From: Deltaproteobacteria bacterium
GTDB taxonomy: Bacteria > Desulfobacterota > Desulfuromonadia > Desulfuromonadales > BM103
Assembly (NCBI GenBank): GCA_024636155.1
Contig: JAGXHM010000125.1
Coordinates: 180 to 64,179, forward strand
DNA: 64,000 bases
Reading direction: 5' to 3'
The first letter of the stretch is position 1, and every line of letters starts with the position of its first letter. Below, in pieces: positions 10,477 to 20,084 of the stretch. Made by a program: the position numbers and the translations under genes. Below the pieces are notes generated by a model. That model saw nothing but the letters and a program-made list of their open reading frames with translations. It was not told the origin of the DNA and made no database searches.

Positions 10477-11925
10477 ATGACTCAACGTTACGAAACTGTC
10501 ATCGGGCTGGAGGTCCATGTCCAACTGACCACCAACACCAAGATTTTCTGCGGCTGTTCCACAGAATTCGGACAGACACCCAACTCACAGACCTGCCCGG
10601 TCTGCCTGGCGCTACCAGGCGCTCTTCCAGTTCTCAACCAGAAGGCCGTGGAGCTTGCCATCCGAACCGGGCTGGCGACCAACTGTCAGATTGCGCCACG
10701 TTCGATTTTCGCGCGCAAAAACTATTTCTATCCAGACCTGCCGAAAGGTTATCAGATTTCCCAATTCGAATTACCGGTCTGCGAGCATGGCTGGCTGGAT
10801 ATCGACCTGGAAAATGGTGAACGCAAGCGTATCGGCATCACTCGCGCACACATGGAAGAAGATGCGGGAAAACTGATTCACGGCGAGACTGTGGAGACCT
10901 CCAGCAACTCTCTGGTTGACCTCAACCGGGCCTGTACGCCATTACTGGAAATTGTTTCGGAACCGGATATGCGCTCTGCCGATGAGGCCATCGACTACCT
11001 GAAGAAATTGCATCAGATTGTCGTTTACCTCGGTGTTTGCGATGGCAACCTCGAAGAAGGCAGCTTCCGTTGTGACGCCAACATCTCGGTCCGCCCTTGG
11101 GGACAAGAAGAGCTCGGTACTCGTGCAGAACTAAAGAATATCAATTCCTTTCGCTTCATCAAACAGGCCATTGAATATGAGGTGGAACGCCAGATTGACC
11201 TGATTGAGGATGGCGGCAAGGTTATTCAGGAAACCCGCTTATTTGACAGCAACAGCGGCATGACCCGCTCCATGCGCGGCAAGGAAGACGCCCACGACTA
11301 CCGCTACTTCCCCGATCCCGATCTGGTGCCTTTGGTGATCAGTCCGGAGTGGATCGAAGAGGTGCGTGCCACTCTTCCCGAGCTGCCCGAGGCAAAACGC
11401 ACCCGCTTTGTTGAAGAGTTGGGGCTGACCACCTACGACGCCGGGGTGCTTGCTGCTGATCGCGAATTGGCTGATTATTTTGATGCGTGTGTTACGCTCG
11501 CCAAAGATGCCAAGGGCTGTGCGAACTGGATCATGGGTGAGGTATTGCGCAAGCTCAAGGAAACCGACACGGCCATTGCCGACACGCCGGTCACCCCGGA
11601 GCGACTCACCGACCTTCTGGCACGCATAGCTGATGATACGATTTCCGGGAAAATTGCCAAGACCGTCTTCGAAAAAATGTGGCAAAACGACCAGACCGTC
11701 GACCAGATTATTGAGAAAGAAGGCCTCAAACAGGTCACCGATACTGAGGAGATCGAAGGCCTCATCAATGAGGTGATTGCCGCCAACCCGGACCAGGTTG
11801 CCGAATACCTCGGCGGCAAAGACAAGCTGATCGGCTTTTTCGTCGGCAAGGTCATGCAAGCCAGCCAGGGCAAAGCCAATCCTGGCATGGTCAATCAACT
11901 CCTCAAAACGAAACTAAAAGGATAA
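10477..11925 (+). CDS. gatB: Asp/Glu-tRNA amidotransferase subunit B
   Basis: [35 protein letters not shown]. Confidence 0.97.
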   Translation: MTQRYETVIGLEVHVQLTTNTKIFCGCSTEFGQTPNSQTCPVCLALPGALPVLNQKAVELAIRTGLATNCQIAPRSIFARKNYFYPDLPKGYQISQFELPVCEHGWLDIDLENGERKRIGITRAHMEEDAGKLIHGETVETSSNSLVDLNRACTPLLEIVSEPDMRSADEAIDYLKKLHQIVVYLGVCDGNLEEGSFRCDANISVRPWGQEELGTRAELKNINSFRFIKQAIEYEVERQIDLIEDGGKVIQETRLFDSNSGMTRSMRGKEDAHDYRYFPDPDLVPLVISPEWIEEVRATLPELPEAKRTRFVEELGLTTYDAGVLAADRELADYFDACVTLAKDAKGCANWIMGEVLRKLKETDTAIADTPVTPERLTDLLARIADDTISGKIAKTVFEKMWQNDQTVDQIIEKEGLKQVTDTEEIEGLINEVIAANPDQVAEYLGGKDKLIGFFVGKVMQASQGKANPGMVNQLLKTKLKG

Positions 11926-11955
11926 CAGCTCCATGACCAAACAATGATCGTGATG

Positions 11956-12066
11956 GCCACCAAGACTCAAAGGCACCAAAGAGGACAAACAATTTATTAC
12001 GGCAACCTTTTTTACAGGTAGCCCGATAGACCAAGGGGTTTCTTGGCGTCTTTGTGACTTGGTGGC
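11956..12066. repeat. Palindromic octanucleotide-repeat element, copy 2
   Basis: GCCACCAAGACTCAAAGGCACCAAAG ... CTTGGCGTCTTTGTGACTTGGTGGC, same arms as copy 1. Confidence 0.8.
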
Positions 12067-12101
12067 ATACTTTCGGATTATCATTCAAACAGGATTAAAC
12101 T

Positions 12102-13178
12102 ATGAGTAACTGTGGTGCTTTTCCCAATGCCGGCGGCATCCGCCCGATCAAATACAGCGACGGCGTCCTGCGCCTGATCGACCAGCGTCTCCTGCCGACC
12201 GAAGAAAGCTGGTTGGAGTACACCGACTATCAGGAAGTTGCCGAAGCGATTCGCAGCATGGTGGTTCGTGGCGCGCCGGCCATCGGTATTACCGCCGCTT
12301 ATGGTGCCTACTTCGGCGCTCTTGCCATTGAGACAGAGAATTATGCCGATTTTATGACCGAGTTTGCGCAGGTTTGTGACGTCCTTGCTGGAACCCGGCC
12401 AACGGCGGTCAACCTCTTTTGGGCCCTGGAGCGCATGAAGAGTCTGGCGCGTGCCAATCCCGATCAACCGGTGAGTAACCTGAAGATCGGCCTTGAGTAT
12501 GAGGCGATGGCCATTAACGAAGACGACATCCGCATCAACATGAGCATGGGCCGGCATGGTGCCGCACTCCTGCCTGACCAGGTGCGCATCCTGACGCACT
12601 GCAACGCGGGTGCGCTGGCCACAGGCGGCTACGGCACAGCTCTGGGAGTGATTCGTGCGGCGGTGGCTGCTGGCAAAGACGTTGCCGTTTTTGCTGATGA
12701 AACCCGCCCTTTCCTACAAGGTTCGCGACTGACAGCATGGGAGTTGCAAAAAGACAACATCCAGACGGTACTGATCTGCGACAACATGGCAGGTTATCTG
12801 ATGTCCAAAGGCGCAATCGATGCCGTGATTGTCGGTGCCGACCGCATTGCGGCTAACGGTGATGTTGCTAACAAGATTGGCACCTACACCGTCGCCGTCC
12901 TTGCCAAAGAGCACAACATTCCCTTCTACGTCGCAGCACCGACCTCGACAATCGATCTGCAGATCGCTGATGGATCGCAGATTCCTATCGAAGAACGAGA
13001 TATTCGCGAGGTCACTCACATCGGCGAGCAACAACTGGCGCCTGCTGGTATTACCGTTTTCAACCCGGCCTTTGATGTCACCCCAGCCAGTCTGGTCACT
13101 GCCATCATCACGGAGCACGGCGTCGCTCAAGGTAATTACACCGAGCAACTGGCAACTTATGTCCGACGGAGTGGATAA
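12102..13178 (+). CDS. mtnA: S-methyl-5-thioribose-1-phosphate isomerase
   Basis: VRGAPAIG, THCNAGALAT, ETRPFLQGSRLT, NKIGTY. Confidence 0.96.
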   Translation: MSNCGAFPNAGGIRPIKYSDGVLRLIDQRLLPTEESWLEYTDYQEVAEAIRSMVVRGAPAIGITAAYGAYFGALAIETENYADFMTEFAQVCDVLAGTRPTAVNLFWALERMKSLARANPDQPVSNLKIGLEYEAMAINEDDIRINMSMGRHGAALLPDQVRILTHCNAGALATGGYGTALGVIRAAVAAGKDVAVFADETRPFLQGSRLTAWELQKDNIQTVLICDNMAGYLMSKGAIDAVIVGADRIAANGDVANKIGTYTVAVLAKEHNIPFYVAAPTSTIDLQIADGSQIPIEERDIREVTHIGEQQLAPAGITVFNPAFDVTPASLVTAIITEHGVAQGNYTEQLATYVRRSG

Positions 13179-13186
13179 ACGACCTG

Positions 13187-16100
13187 ATGATTTTTGCTGA
13201 GATTCCGACATGGCTTGAGGACCTCCTGTCTGGTAATGAGAAGGCTCTTGCTGAGACTGCCGCAACAGCGGGGTTTGCTGAGCCAGCAAAGACCGCGACC
13301 AACCTTGCTCTGTTGCAAAGTTTTCTGGAAAACCCTGAGCTGGTGACCGACCTTGCCCGCCAGGCATTGCTAACAGCTGATCCGGATCAGGCACTTAATA
13401 ACCTCGAGCGTCTGAGTGGGATCGTTGACAAATCTGATTTGTCGATTGCACTCATTGATCAAACCTCTTCCCGGCAATTACTGATAATCCTCGGTGCCTC
13501 ATCGTTTCTTTCCGGAATTCTCTGCCGCCGGGCAAGTTTTTTTGCCGGCCTGTTCCGCAAGGGGCAAATCAACAACACGAAAACCGAAGAGCAGATGTCC
13601 GCGGAACTGCGCCTACTGATTACTGACCAAGCCGATACCACTGCCTTAAAAAAAGGCCTGCGTATTTTTAAAGCGCAGGAGATGTTACGCATTGGGGGTC
13701 GCGACCTGTGTGGTATAGCGGAGTTGGAAGAAGTCACAGAGGAACTTTCGTCACTGGCCGCCGCGACCCTGCAACGAGCTTTCGAAATCTGCAAAATTCA
13801 GTTACAAGCCGAATACGGCATCCCTCTACTTGACTCTGAGGATATGACCCCGACGGAGGAGGCCGAGTTCACCATTCTCGGCATGGGCAAGTTTGGCGGT
13901 TGTGAACTGAACTTTTCTTCTGATGTCGACCTGATTTACTTCTACAGTTCAGACCGTGGTCAGACCACAGGCATCACTGACCCGATACGTGGCCAACGCA
14001 ACCGAATTTCGCTTCACCAGTACTTCGTCAAGCTAGCGGAGCTGATCAGTAAGGCGATCGGCCAGCCGACCGAGGACGGCTTCGTCTTCCGCGTCGACTT
14101 GCGCTTACGCCCCGAAGGAAACAGCGGCGAAATGGCTAATTCCCTGGCTGCCGGAGAGATCTATTACGAAAGTTGGGGACAGAGCTGGGAACGTTCAGCA
14201 ATGCTCAAAGCCCGTCCTGTGGCCGGATCAAAAGCACTTGGCGAGCGACTTTTAAAGAGACTGGAACCGTTCATCTACCGTCGTCATCTTGATTATGCCA
14301 TGATCGATGACATCAAGATGATGAAACAAAAAATTGATCGCAGCCTGACACGCGAAAAAGAAGGCGAACTGAACCTCAAACTGGGATATGGCGGTATCCG
14401 GGAAATCGAATTTTTCATTCAGGCTCTGCAACTGATCAATGCTGGCAAAAAACAGCATCTGCGGGAACGCAATTCTCTGCTGGCACTGCAACTCCTTTGC
14501 GACGAAACGCTCATTACCACAGAAGAGAGAGACAATCTGACTGCCGCTTACCGCTTCCTGCGAACTGCTGAGCATCGCATCCAGGTCGTCAATGAGCAAC
14601 AGACCCACAACCTGCCGACCCGCCCGGAAGAGCTAACGGCCTTGGCCAGACGATGTGGTTTTGAACAGACTGCCGCATTCATGACTGTTTTGCAGCAGCA
14701 TCGGCAGAAGGTCACAGCCATTTTTCGTGACCTTTTCTATACCAGCGAAGAAGAGTTGCCTGCCCAGATCAGTCCCGAGGTTGCTTTTCTTTTCGATGCC
14801 AACGCAGACCCGGACCTCTGTATGGATATCCTGGAAGAGAAAGGCTTCCGTCAGCCGGAAAGTGCCTACAAGAGCCTGACGATTCTGCGTCAGGGCGGCA
14901 CCAAAAGCTACCTGACAGAACGGGCCCGTCGGCAACTTAACCGGATCGCGCCGCTGCTCTTTCAGGAAGTGATGCATAGCCCGGATCCACCGATGGCCCT
15001 GGCAAACATGGAAAAATTTCTGAAGGCTTGTCGGCGGGCACGTGGCACTTACTACTCCCTGCTTGCCGAGAACCCTGAGATCATTAAAATTCTGGTCTCC
15101 CTTTTTGCCACCAGCCAGTTCCTGTCTCGCAATTTTATCCAGCACCCGGAAGTTCTCGACTCGCTGGTTTCAAGGAACTATGCTCAGAACGTCAAGGAAC
15201 CGGAAGACCTTACTGCAGAATTGTCAGCGCACCTGGATAACGCATCTCATTATGAAGAAAAGCTGAACACCCTGCGCCGCTTTCGTAATGAAGAGTTCCT
15301 ACGGATTGCCCTCGACGATATTCATGGTCATACACCTCAGGGTCAAACCACCCGACAACTTTCATTAGTGGCCGATGTCTGCCTGCAACAGGCCTTACTT
15401 ATGGCACGAGAGGAGCTACTGGCTCGATACGGCTTGCCCTGTTGCCAAGAGGATAGCGTCACATTCCACGAAGCGGAATTCGCTATTGTCGGCATGGGCA
15501 AACTCGGTGGCATGGAACTGAACTATCATTCCGATCTCGACATCATCTTTATTTATGAAGGCGAAGGGGATACCCGGCCAGTTGAAGGAATTGACCCGGA
15601 GCGATTCAAGCCGCAGACCAACAAGCAATACTTTATCCGACTAGCGCAGAGGATCATCTCCGTGCTGTCTCTGATAACTCAGGAGGGATATGTTTACCAG
15701 ATCGACACCCGCCTGAGACCGTCCGGAAACCAGGGACCCCTGGTTTCTTCTCTACCGGCTTATCGAGAATACCACCAAGGCTCTGCCGCGCCATGGGAGC
15801 GTCAGGCCCTCATCAAAGCCAGAGTGGTTGCTGGTTCAGCAACGTTGGCAGCAAGTTATGATGCACTGACTGCTGAGATCGTCTACGAGCGACCCTTGCC
15901 GGACAATCTTGCTGAAGAGATCTTTCGTTTGCGACAACGTATGGAAAGGGAACTCGGCAAGGAGAATGACCAGCACCGCAACATCAAAACCGGTCGTGGT
16001 GGCATGGTTGATGTTGAGTTCATCGCTCAGTATCTACAACTGCTCCACGGCAAGGATAAGCAGACGCTACGCTGCCGCAATCTGGTCGATGCTCTCTCTG

Positions 16101-16381
16101 CCCTGCAGAGTGAAAACTTGATTTCACTATTGGACTATGAGAATCTGACCTCTGGCTACAAGTTTCTGCGCCGGCTGGAAAACAAATTACGTCTGGTACA
16201 TGATCAGTCCGTTAATGAACTGACGACGGACCAGACGGCTCTGGTCAAACTGGCCCGGCATCTTGGCTACCCGGAGAATTCAGGTCAACCGGAAAAATTG
16301 TTCCTGGAAGAGTACGCGACTATGACCCAGACCATCCGCGAGACCTTTGACCGTATCCTGAAACAGACGGAGAATGTTTAA
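13187..16381 (+). CDS. glnE: Bifunctional glutamine synthetase adenylyltransferase/deadenylase
   Basis: Two nucleotidyltransferase halves: GMGKFGGCELNFSSDVDL and GMGKLGGMELNYHSDLDI. Confidence 0.95.
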   Translation: MIFAEIPTWLEDLLSGNEKALAETAATAGFAEPAKTATNLALLQSFLENPELVTDLARQALLTADPDQALNNLERLSGIVDKSDLSIALIDQTSSRQLLIILGASSFLSGILCRRASFFAGLFRKGQINNTKTEEQMSAELRLLITDQADTTALKKGLRIFKAQEMLRIGGRDLCGIAELEEVTEELSSLAAATLQRAFEICKIQLQAEYGIPLLDSEDMTPTEEAEFTILGMGKFGGCELNFSSDVDLIYFYSSDRGQTTGITDPIRGQRNRISLHQYFVKLAELISKAIGQPTEDGFVFRVDLRLRPEGNSGEMANSLAAGEIYYESWGQSWERSAMLKARPVAGSKALGERLLKRLEPFIYRRHLDYAMIDDIKMMKQKIDRSLTREKEGELNLKLGYGGIREIEFFIQALQLINAGKKQHLRERNSLLALQLLCDETLITTEERDNLTAAYRFLRTAEHRIQVVNEQQTHNLPTRPEELTALARRCGFEQTAAFMTVLQQHRQKVTAIFRDLFYTSEEELPAQISPEVAFLFDANADPDLCMDILEEKGFRQPESAYKSLTILRQGGTKSYLTERARRQLNRIAPLLFQEVMHSPDPPMALANMEKFLKACRRARGTYYSLLAENPEIIKILVSLFATSQFLSRNFIQHPEVLDSLVSRNYAQNVKEPEDLTAELSAHLDNASHYEEKLNTLRRFRNEEFLRIALDDIHGHTPQGQTTRQLSLVADVCLQQALLMAREELLARYGLPCCQEDSVTFHEAEFAIVGMGKLGGMELNYHSDLDIIFIYEGEGDTRPVEGIDPERFKPQTNKQYFIRLAQRIISVLSLITQEGYVYQIDTRLRPSGNQGPLVSSLPAYREYHQGSAAPWERQALIKARVVAGSATLAASYDALTAEIVYERPLPDNLAEEIFRLRQRMERELGKENDQHRNIKTGRGGMVDVEFIAQYLQLLHGKDKQTLRCRNLVDALSALQSENLISLLDYENLTSGYKFLRRLENKLRLVHDQSVNELTTDQTALVKLARHLGYPENSGQPEKLFLEEYATMTQTIRETFDRILKQTENV

Positions 16382-18287
16382 CATGGGTTCTGAGGGGGAC
16401 TGCAAACACATTCTGATTGTCGACGACGACCCAAACATCAGGCGTTTTCTTTCTGAGTCATTACGTCTCCACGGCTACGAAGTCCACAGTTTTGTAGATG
16501 CGGAAACAGCTCTGCTGGAGCTGGAAGCTCATGACTTTGACTTGGCCCTGCTGGACATCCTCCTGCCGGGGACCAACGGACTGCAACTCTGCCGCAAGTT
16601 AAGATCCCTGCCGAAGACCAAAGAACTTCCGGTCATCATGATGACCGCCTTTTATAAACAAACAGACCACATCCGCGATGCCCGCGAACAATACGGAGCG
16701 ACGGATTATCTGCTCAAGCCCTTCCCTTTAAAAACACTTCACGAGAAGATCGACGCTTTGATCGGGGCCCCCACTGCGGCGTCAGACACAGAGCGTCTCA
16801 GCATCAAAGGAAGTCTCTCGGAGACCGGCCTGCCACGCATCCTGCACAATCTTTATAGCCTGCGTGCAACCGGGCTCTTGCACCTCGAGAACAACAACGT
16901 CAAAAAAGTCGTCTACGTCCGTAACGGCTATCCGATTTTCGTACGCTCAAATCTGGTGCGAGAGTTTCTTGGCCAAATGCTTGTACGCACTGGACACCTC
17001 AACGACGAAGAGCTGGAAAAATCTCTTGAAGTCGCCAAAGAGAAAGGTCAGCGTCACGGCATGACACTGGTCGAAATGGGTATGCTCACTCCGCACCAAT
17101 TGAATGACGTCCTGCACAGTCAGGTCTTGGAAAAGCTCCTCGACACATTTTCCTGGCCAGAAGGTAGTTACCAGTTCATGCAGGCACGAGAGTTCAAACA
17201 GGGAGTAACCAGCATCGATCTGTCGCCGGCCAACCTGATTCTTCAAGGATTACGTGATTATGCCAGTCGCGAGCAGGTTTTGAAAATACTCGAACCGAAC
17301 CTTGACAGTTACCTGCAACTAGCCGAGAACCCCCTCTACCGTTTCCAGGAGATTCAGCTCACGGCCAATGAGAAACGTATTCTGGCAAGTTGTCAGGGGG
17401 AAATGACCTTGTCCGACGTTCTCCAACGGCACTTGTTATCACGCAAAGAAGCAGAACCGCTACTGGCCACCCTTTTAAGTACGGGGATAGTGGTCGGGCG
17501 GTCCGAACCGGGGCTGACAGCCGAAGAGCCCGGTTGCAGCGAGGCGGAGGATCTTCGGGCCCGACGGGAATCCTTTTTAAAGGACTATGCCTGGATGATG
17601 GAGCAGGACTATTTCACACTGCTCGGCGTAAGTGAATCAGCCCCCCGTGATCAGGTTCGCAAGTCTTACTACAGTCTGGTTAAGAAATATCACCCTGACC
17701 GCTTTTTTGAGCAAGACGTTCTGCTTGACCTGAGGGACAAGGTGAACACCCTCTTTCAGCGCATCAGTGATGCTCATGAAACACTGTGTGATGCAACAGC
17801 CAAAGCGCGCTATGTAGGAGATCGCAAGAGAGGATCTTCCAGATCAACCACCAACCTGGAGACCATTCTCAAGGCGGAGACAGCCTTCCAGAAGGGCATT
17901 GTTCTGTTCCGTATCAAAAAATACGAGGAAGCACAGAGGGCTTTTGCGGAAGCACTGGAATCGAGCCCCAACGAAGCAGAATATCTCATGTATCAGGCGT
18001 GGTCAGCTTACAAAGCCAACTCCAAATCAACAGAAGTGGCTATCAATACCCGCAAAAACCTGATTAGAGCAACAGAGTTGAGCCCGAAGCTAAGCCTGGC
18101 ACACTTATTTCTGGGCTACCTCGGGAAAGATGAAGGTAACGAAAAAGAAGCTCAGCGTCGTTTTGAACGAGCAATCTTGTGCGACCCGAATTGCACTGAA
18201 GCTCTTCGTGAGTTACGGCTGATGGGCATGCGCAAGGGAAAATCAGAAAAAGAGAAGAAGGGACTGTTCGGGAAAATGTTCAGCTGA
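16374..18287 (+). CDS. Response regulator: REC + DUF4388-like + DnaJ J-domain + TPR
   Basis: N-terminal receiver (VDDD, D-LLPG, KPF), GSLSETGLPRILHNL...TGLLHL, DYFTLLGV...YHPDRF, C-terminal TPR helices. Confidence 0.8.
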   Translation: MFNMGSEGDCKHILIVDDDPNIRRFLSESLRLHGYEVHSFVDAETALLELEAHDFDLALLDILLPGTNGLQLCRKLRSLPKTKELPVIMMTAFYKQTDHIRDAREQYGATDYLLKPFPLKTLHEKIDALIGAPTAASDTERLSIKGSLSETGLPRILHNLYSLRATGLLHLENNNVKKVVYVRNGYPIFVRSNLVREFLGQMLVRTGHLNDEELEKSLEVAKEKGQRHGMTLVEMGMLTPHQLNDVLHSQVLEKLLDTFSWPEGSYQFMQAREFKQGVTSIDLSPANLILQGLRDYASREQVLKILEPNLDSYLQLAENPLYRFQEIQLTANEKRILASCQGEMTLSDVLQRHLLSRKEAEPLLATLLSTGIVVGRSEPGLTAEEPGCSEAEDLRARRESFLKDYAWMMEQDYFTLLGVSESAPRDQVRKSYYSLVKKYHPDRFFEQDVLLDLRDKVNTLFQRISDAHETLCDATAKARYVGDRKRGSSRSTTNLETILKAETAFQKGIVLFRIKKYEEAQRAFAEALESSPNEAEYLMYQAWSAYKANSKSTEVAINTRKNLIRATELSPKLSLAHLFLGYLGKDEGNEKEAQRRFERAILCDPNCTEALRELRLMGMRKGKSEKEKKGLFGKMFS

Positions 18288-18290
18288 GCT

Positions 18291-18992
18291 CTAACCGTTA
18301 TTCGTATCCCATGGATCTGTTGGCATATCAAGCCAACTGACACAAGGATCGTTAAGCTTGATATCCTCTCTGGCGCAGGCACTTTTTATGCAGGTCATTT
18401 CGATAAAACGTCGCAGCATCTCAAACTCATGACCATTAGACGACTTGAAACGTACCCCAACGTGGGGTTGTAACCGACCCGGGAAATCACCGGCAGGAAT
18501 GCAATACACGACTTCTGCCGGAATGATGAGAACTTTGCCCGCCAGTTTTACTGCAACCTCCAATGCCTTACCTTGTGGAATTTCACGTGTGCATTCAATA
18601 CGTCCACCTCGACCCGAGAGTGAAAGCAGGCAACCATCAAACCACTCGTCTTCAATTTTCAAGTCAACATCGGTGTCCATAACAACCCGGATATGACGAC
18701 GAGGGGTCGGGAACAAGTGGGTTTCAAGCAAATGGTAAAGAAGGGTTAATGAGATGGGGGTCTCCAGGAAATTTCCTTCTGCAAGCGGCAGAGGGGTCAA
18801 CCAAACCACTTGACCATTGTGCTCAGGTAAGACAACTCCACGCTCAGCAAAGATAACTTTCGCCGCAGATAAGTTTTCAACAGCAAAAAACTTCCAGTCG
18901 GCAAGAATACTACTCAAAAGCTTATTGAATTGCAGGTTGCGCGTGACAACGGCAACCTGTTTGAGATTAGTTTTTTTGCCCCCTAACAACAT
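18291..18992 (-). CDS. PilZ-domain protein
   Basis: RRHIR followed by degenerate xLSxxG; GVRF near the end of the domain. Confidence 0.7.
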   Translation of the reverse strand: MLLGGKKTNLKQVAVVTRNLQFNKLLSSILADWKFFAVENLSAAKVIFAERGVVLPEHNGQVVWLTPLPLAEGNFLETPISLTLLYHLLETHLFPTPRRHIRVVMDTDVDLKIEDEWFDGCLLSLSGRGGRIECTREIPQGKALEVAVKLAGKVLIIPAEVVYCIPAGDFPGRLQPHVGVRFKSSNGHEFEMLRRFIEMTCIKSACAREDIKLNDPCVSWLDMPTDPWDTNNG

Positions 18993-19136
18993 TGAGCCTC
19001 TACCTCCCGCTTAAGATGGTGGGTCTTCGTCCAGACCGGTTCCATCTCATTAAAATAGTGCGGTAAAGTACCACAGATTGGTCATAATGTCTGTGCAAGG
19101 ATTGCGAACAGGAGAGTCTTTACATGCTCTCACATA

Positions 19137-19922
19137 TCAGGCACCAAGCGTCCTGCCCCGTTCGATCAAACCAAGCATCTCCAGATCCAGCAGATGTCGC
19201 GGCTGAACATTGCTCAGAGCGCGAATCATACTACGCTTTACGTAGCGGTTTTCCTTTTGTAAATCAGTGAGCAGCTGCTTCATCCTCTGCCGATTCTGAT
19301 CCTCTTGCCCCATCACTGGACAGCCACAATCAATCGTGGGGAATTCGTTCTGTTGAGCAAATTTTATTATATCGGATTCTTCTACATAGACCAGTGGCCG
19401 AATCACCGTATGCCGATTATTATCCGCGAGCAACTTCGGACTCATGGCTTTCAGGGTGCCAGTATAGAACTGGTTGAGAAGCAGCGTCTCAATGAAATCA
19501 TCAAGATGGTGACCGAGAGCGATCTTGTTGCAACCCAACCGATCCGCCACGGCATAGAGGACGCCTCGTCGAAGCCGTGCGCAGAAAGCGCAATAGGAGG
19601 AACCAGGGTGTCGTTTCTCCTCAATAATCTGTGCGCAGTTGGTTGCTTCCATGTGAACCTGAAAACCGCATTCTTGCAGATAGCCCTCGATCACATCTTT
19701 TCGATAGCCGGGAAACCCTGCATCAACATTGACTGCAATCAGCTCGTACTGAATTGGAGCTCGCAAACGCAATTGTTCGAGAATGTGCAGCAGAGTATAA
19801 GAGTCTTTGCCCCCTGAAACAGCGACGACAATCCGGTCACCATGCTCTATCAGGCCGAAGTTGCCGACAGCTTTGCCGGTCAGCTTTTTGATTTTTCGGA
19901 ATGGGGAGTTATTGACTAACAC
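19137..19922 (-). CDS. ttcA: tRNA 2-thiocytidine(32) synthetase
   Basis: PP-loop SGGKDS, CAFCARLRRG, GHHLDD, IRPL. Confidence 0.93.
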   Translation of the reverse strand: MLVNNSPFRKIKKLTGKAVGNFGLIEHGDRIVVAVSGGKDSYTLLHILEQLRLRAPIQYELIAVNVDAGFPGYRKDVIEGYLQECGFQVHMEATNCAQIIEEKRHPGSSYCAFCARLRRGVLYAVADRLGCNKIALGHHLDDFIETLLLNQFYTGTLKAMSPKLLADNNRHTVIRPLVYVEESDIIKFAQQNEFPTIDCGCPVMGQEDQNRQRMKQLLTDLQKENRYVKRSMIRALSNVQPRHLLDLEMLGLIERGRTLGA

Positions 19923-20031
19923 TGTCGGGAACCTGTCTTCACCTGAAAGCCGTTGACTACGTGCAGACTCAGGCCTTAATAAATGTTCGGGGCATTTAAC
20001 GATATATGTCAGAACATTTCAAGAGATGAAA

Positions 20032-20063
20032 GCACCGGCGGCCAAAAGGCCGCCGGTGTAAAA
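20032..20063. terminator. Hairpin terminator of the RND operon
   Basis: CACCGGCGGCC-AAAA-GGCCGCCGGTG. Confidence 0.6.
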
Positions 20064-20084
20064 AGTTAAAGATGTCCGCCGCAG

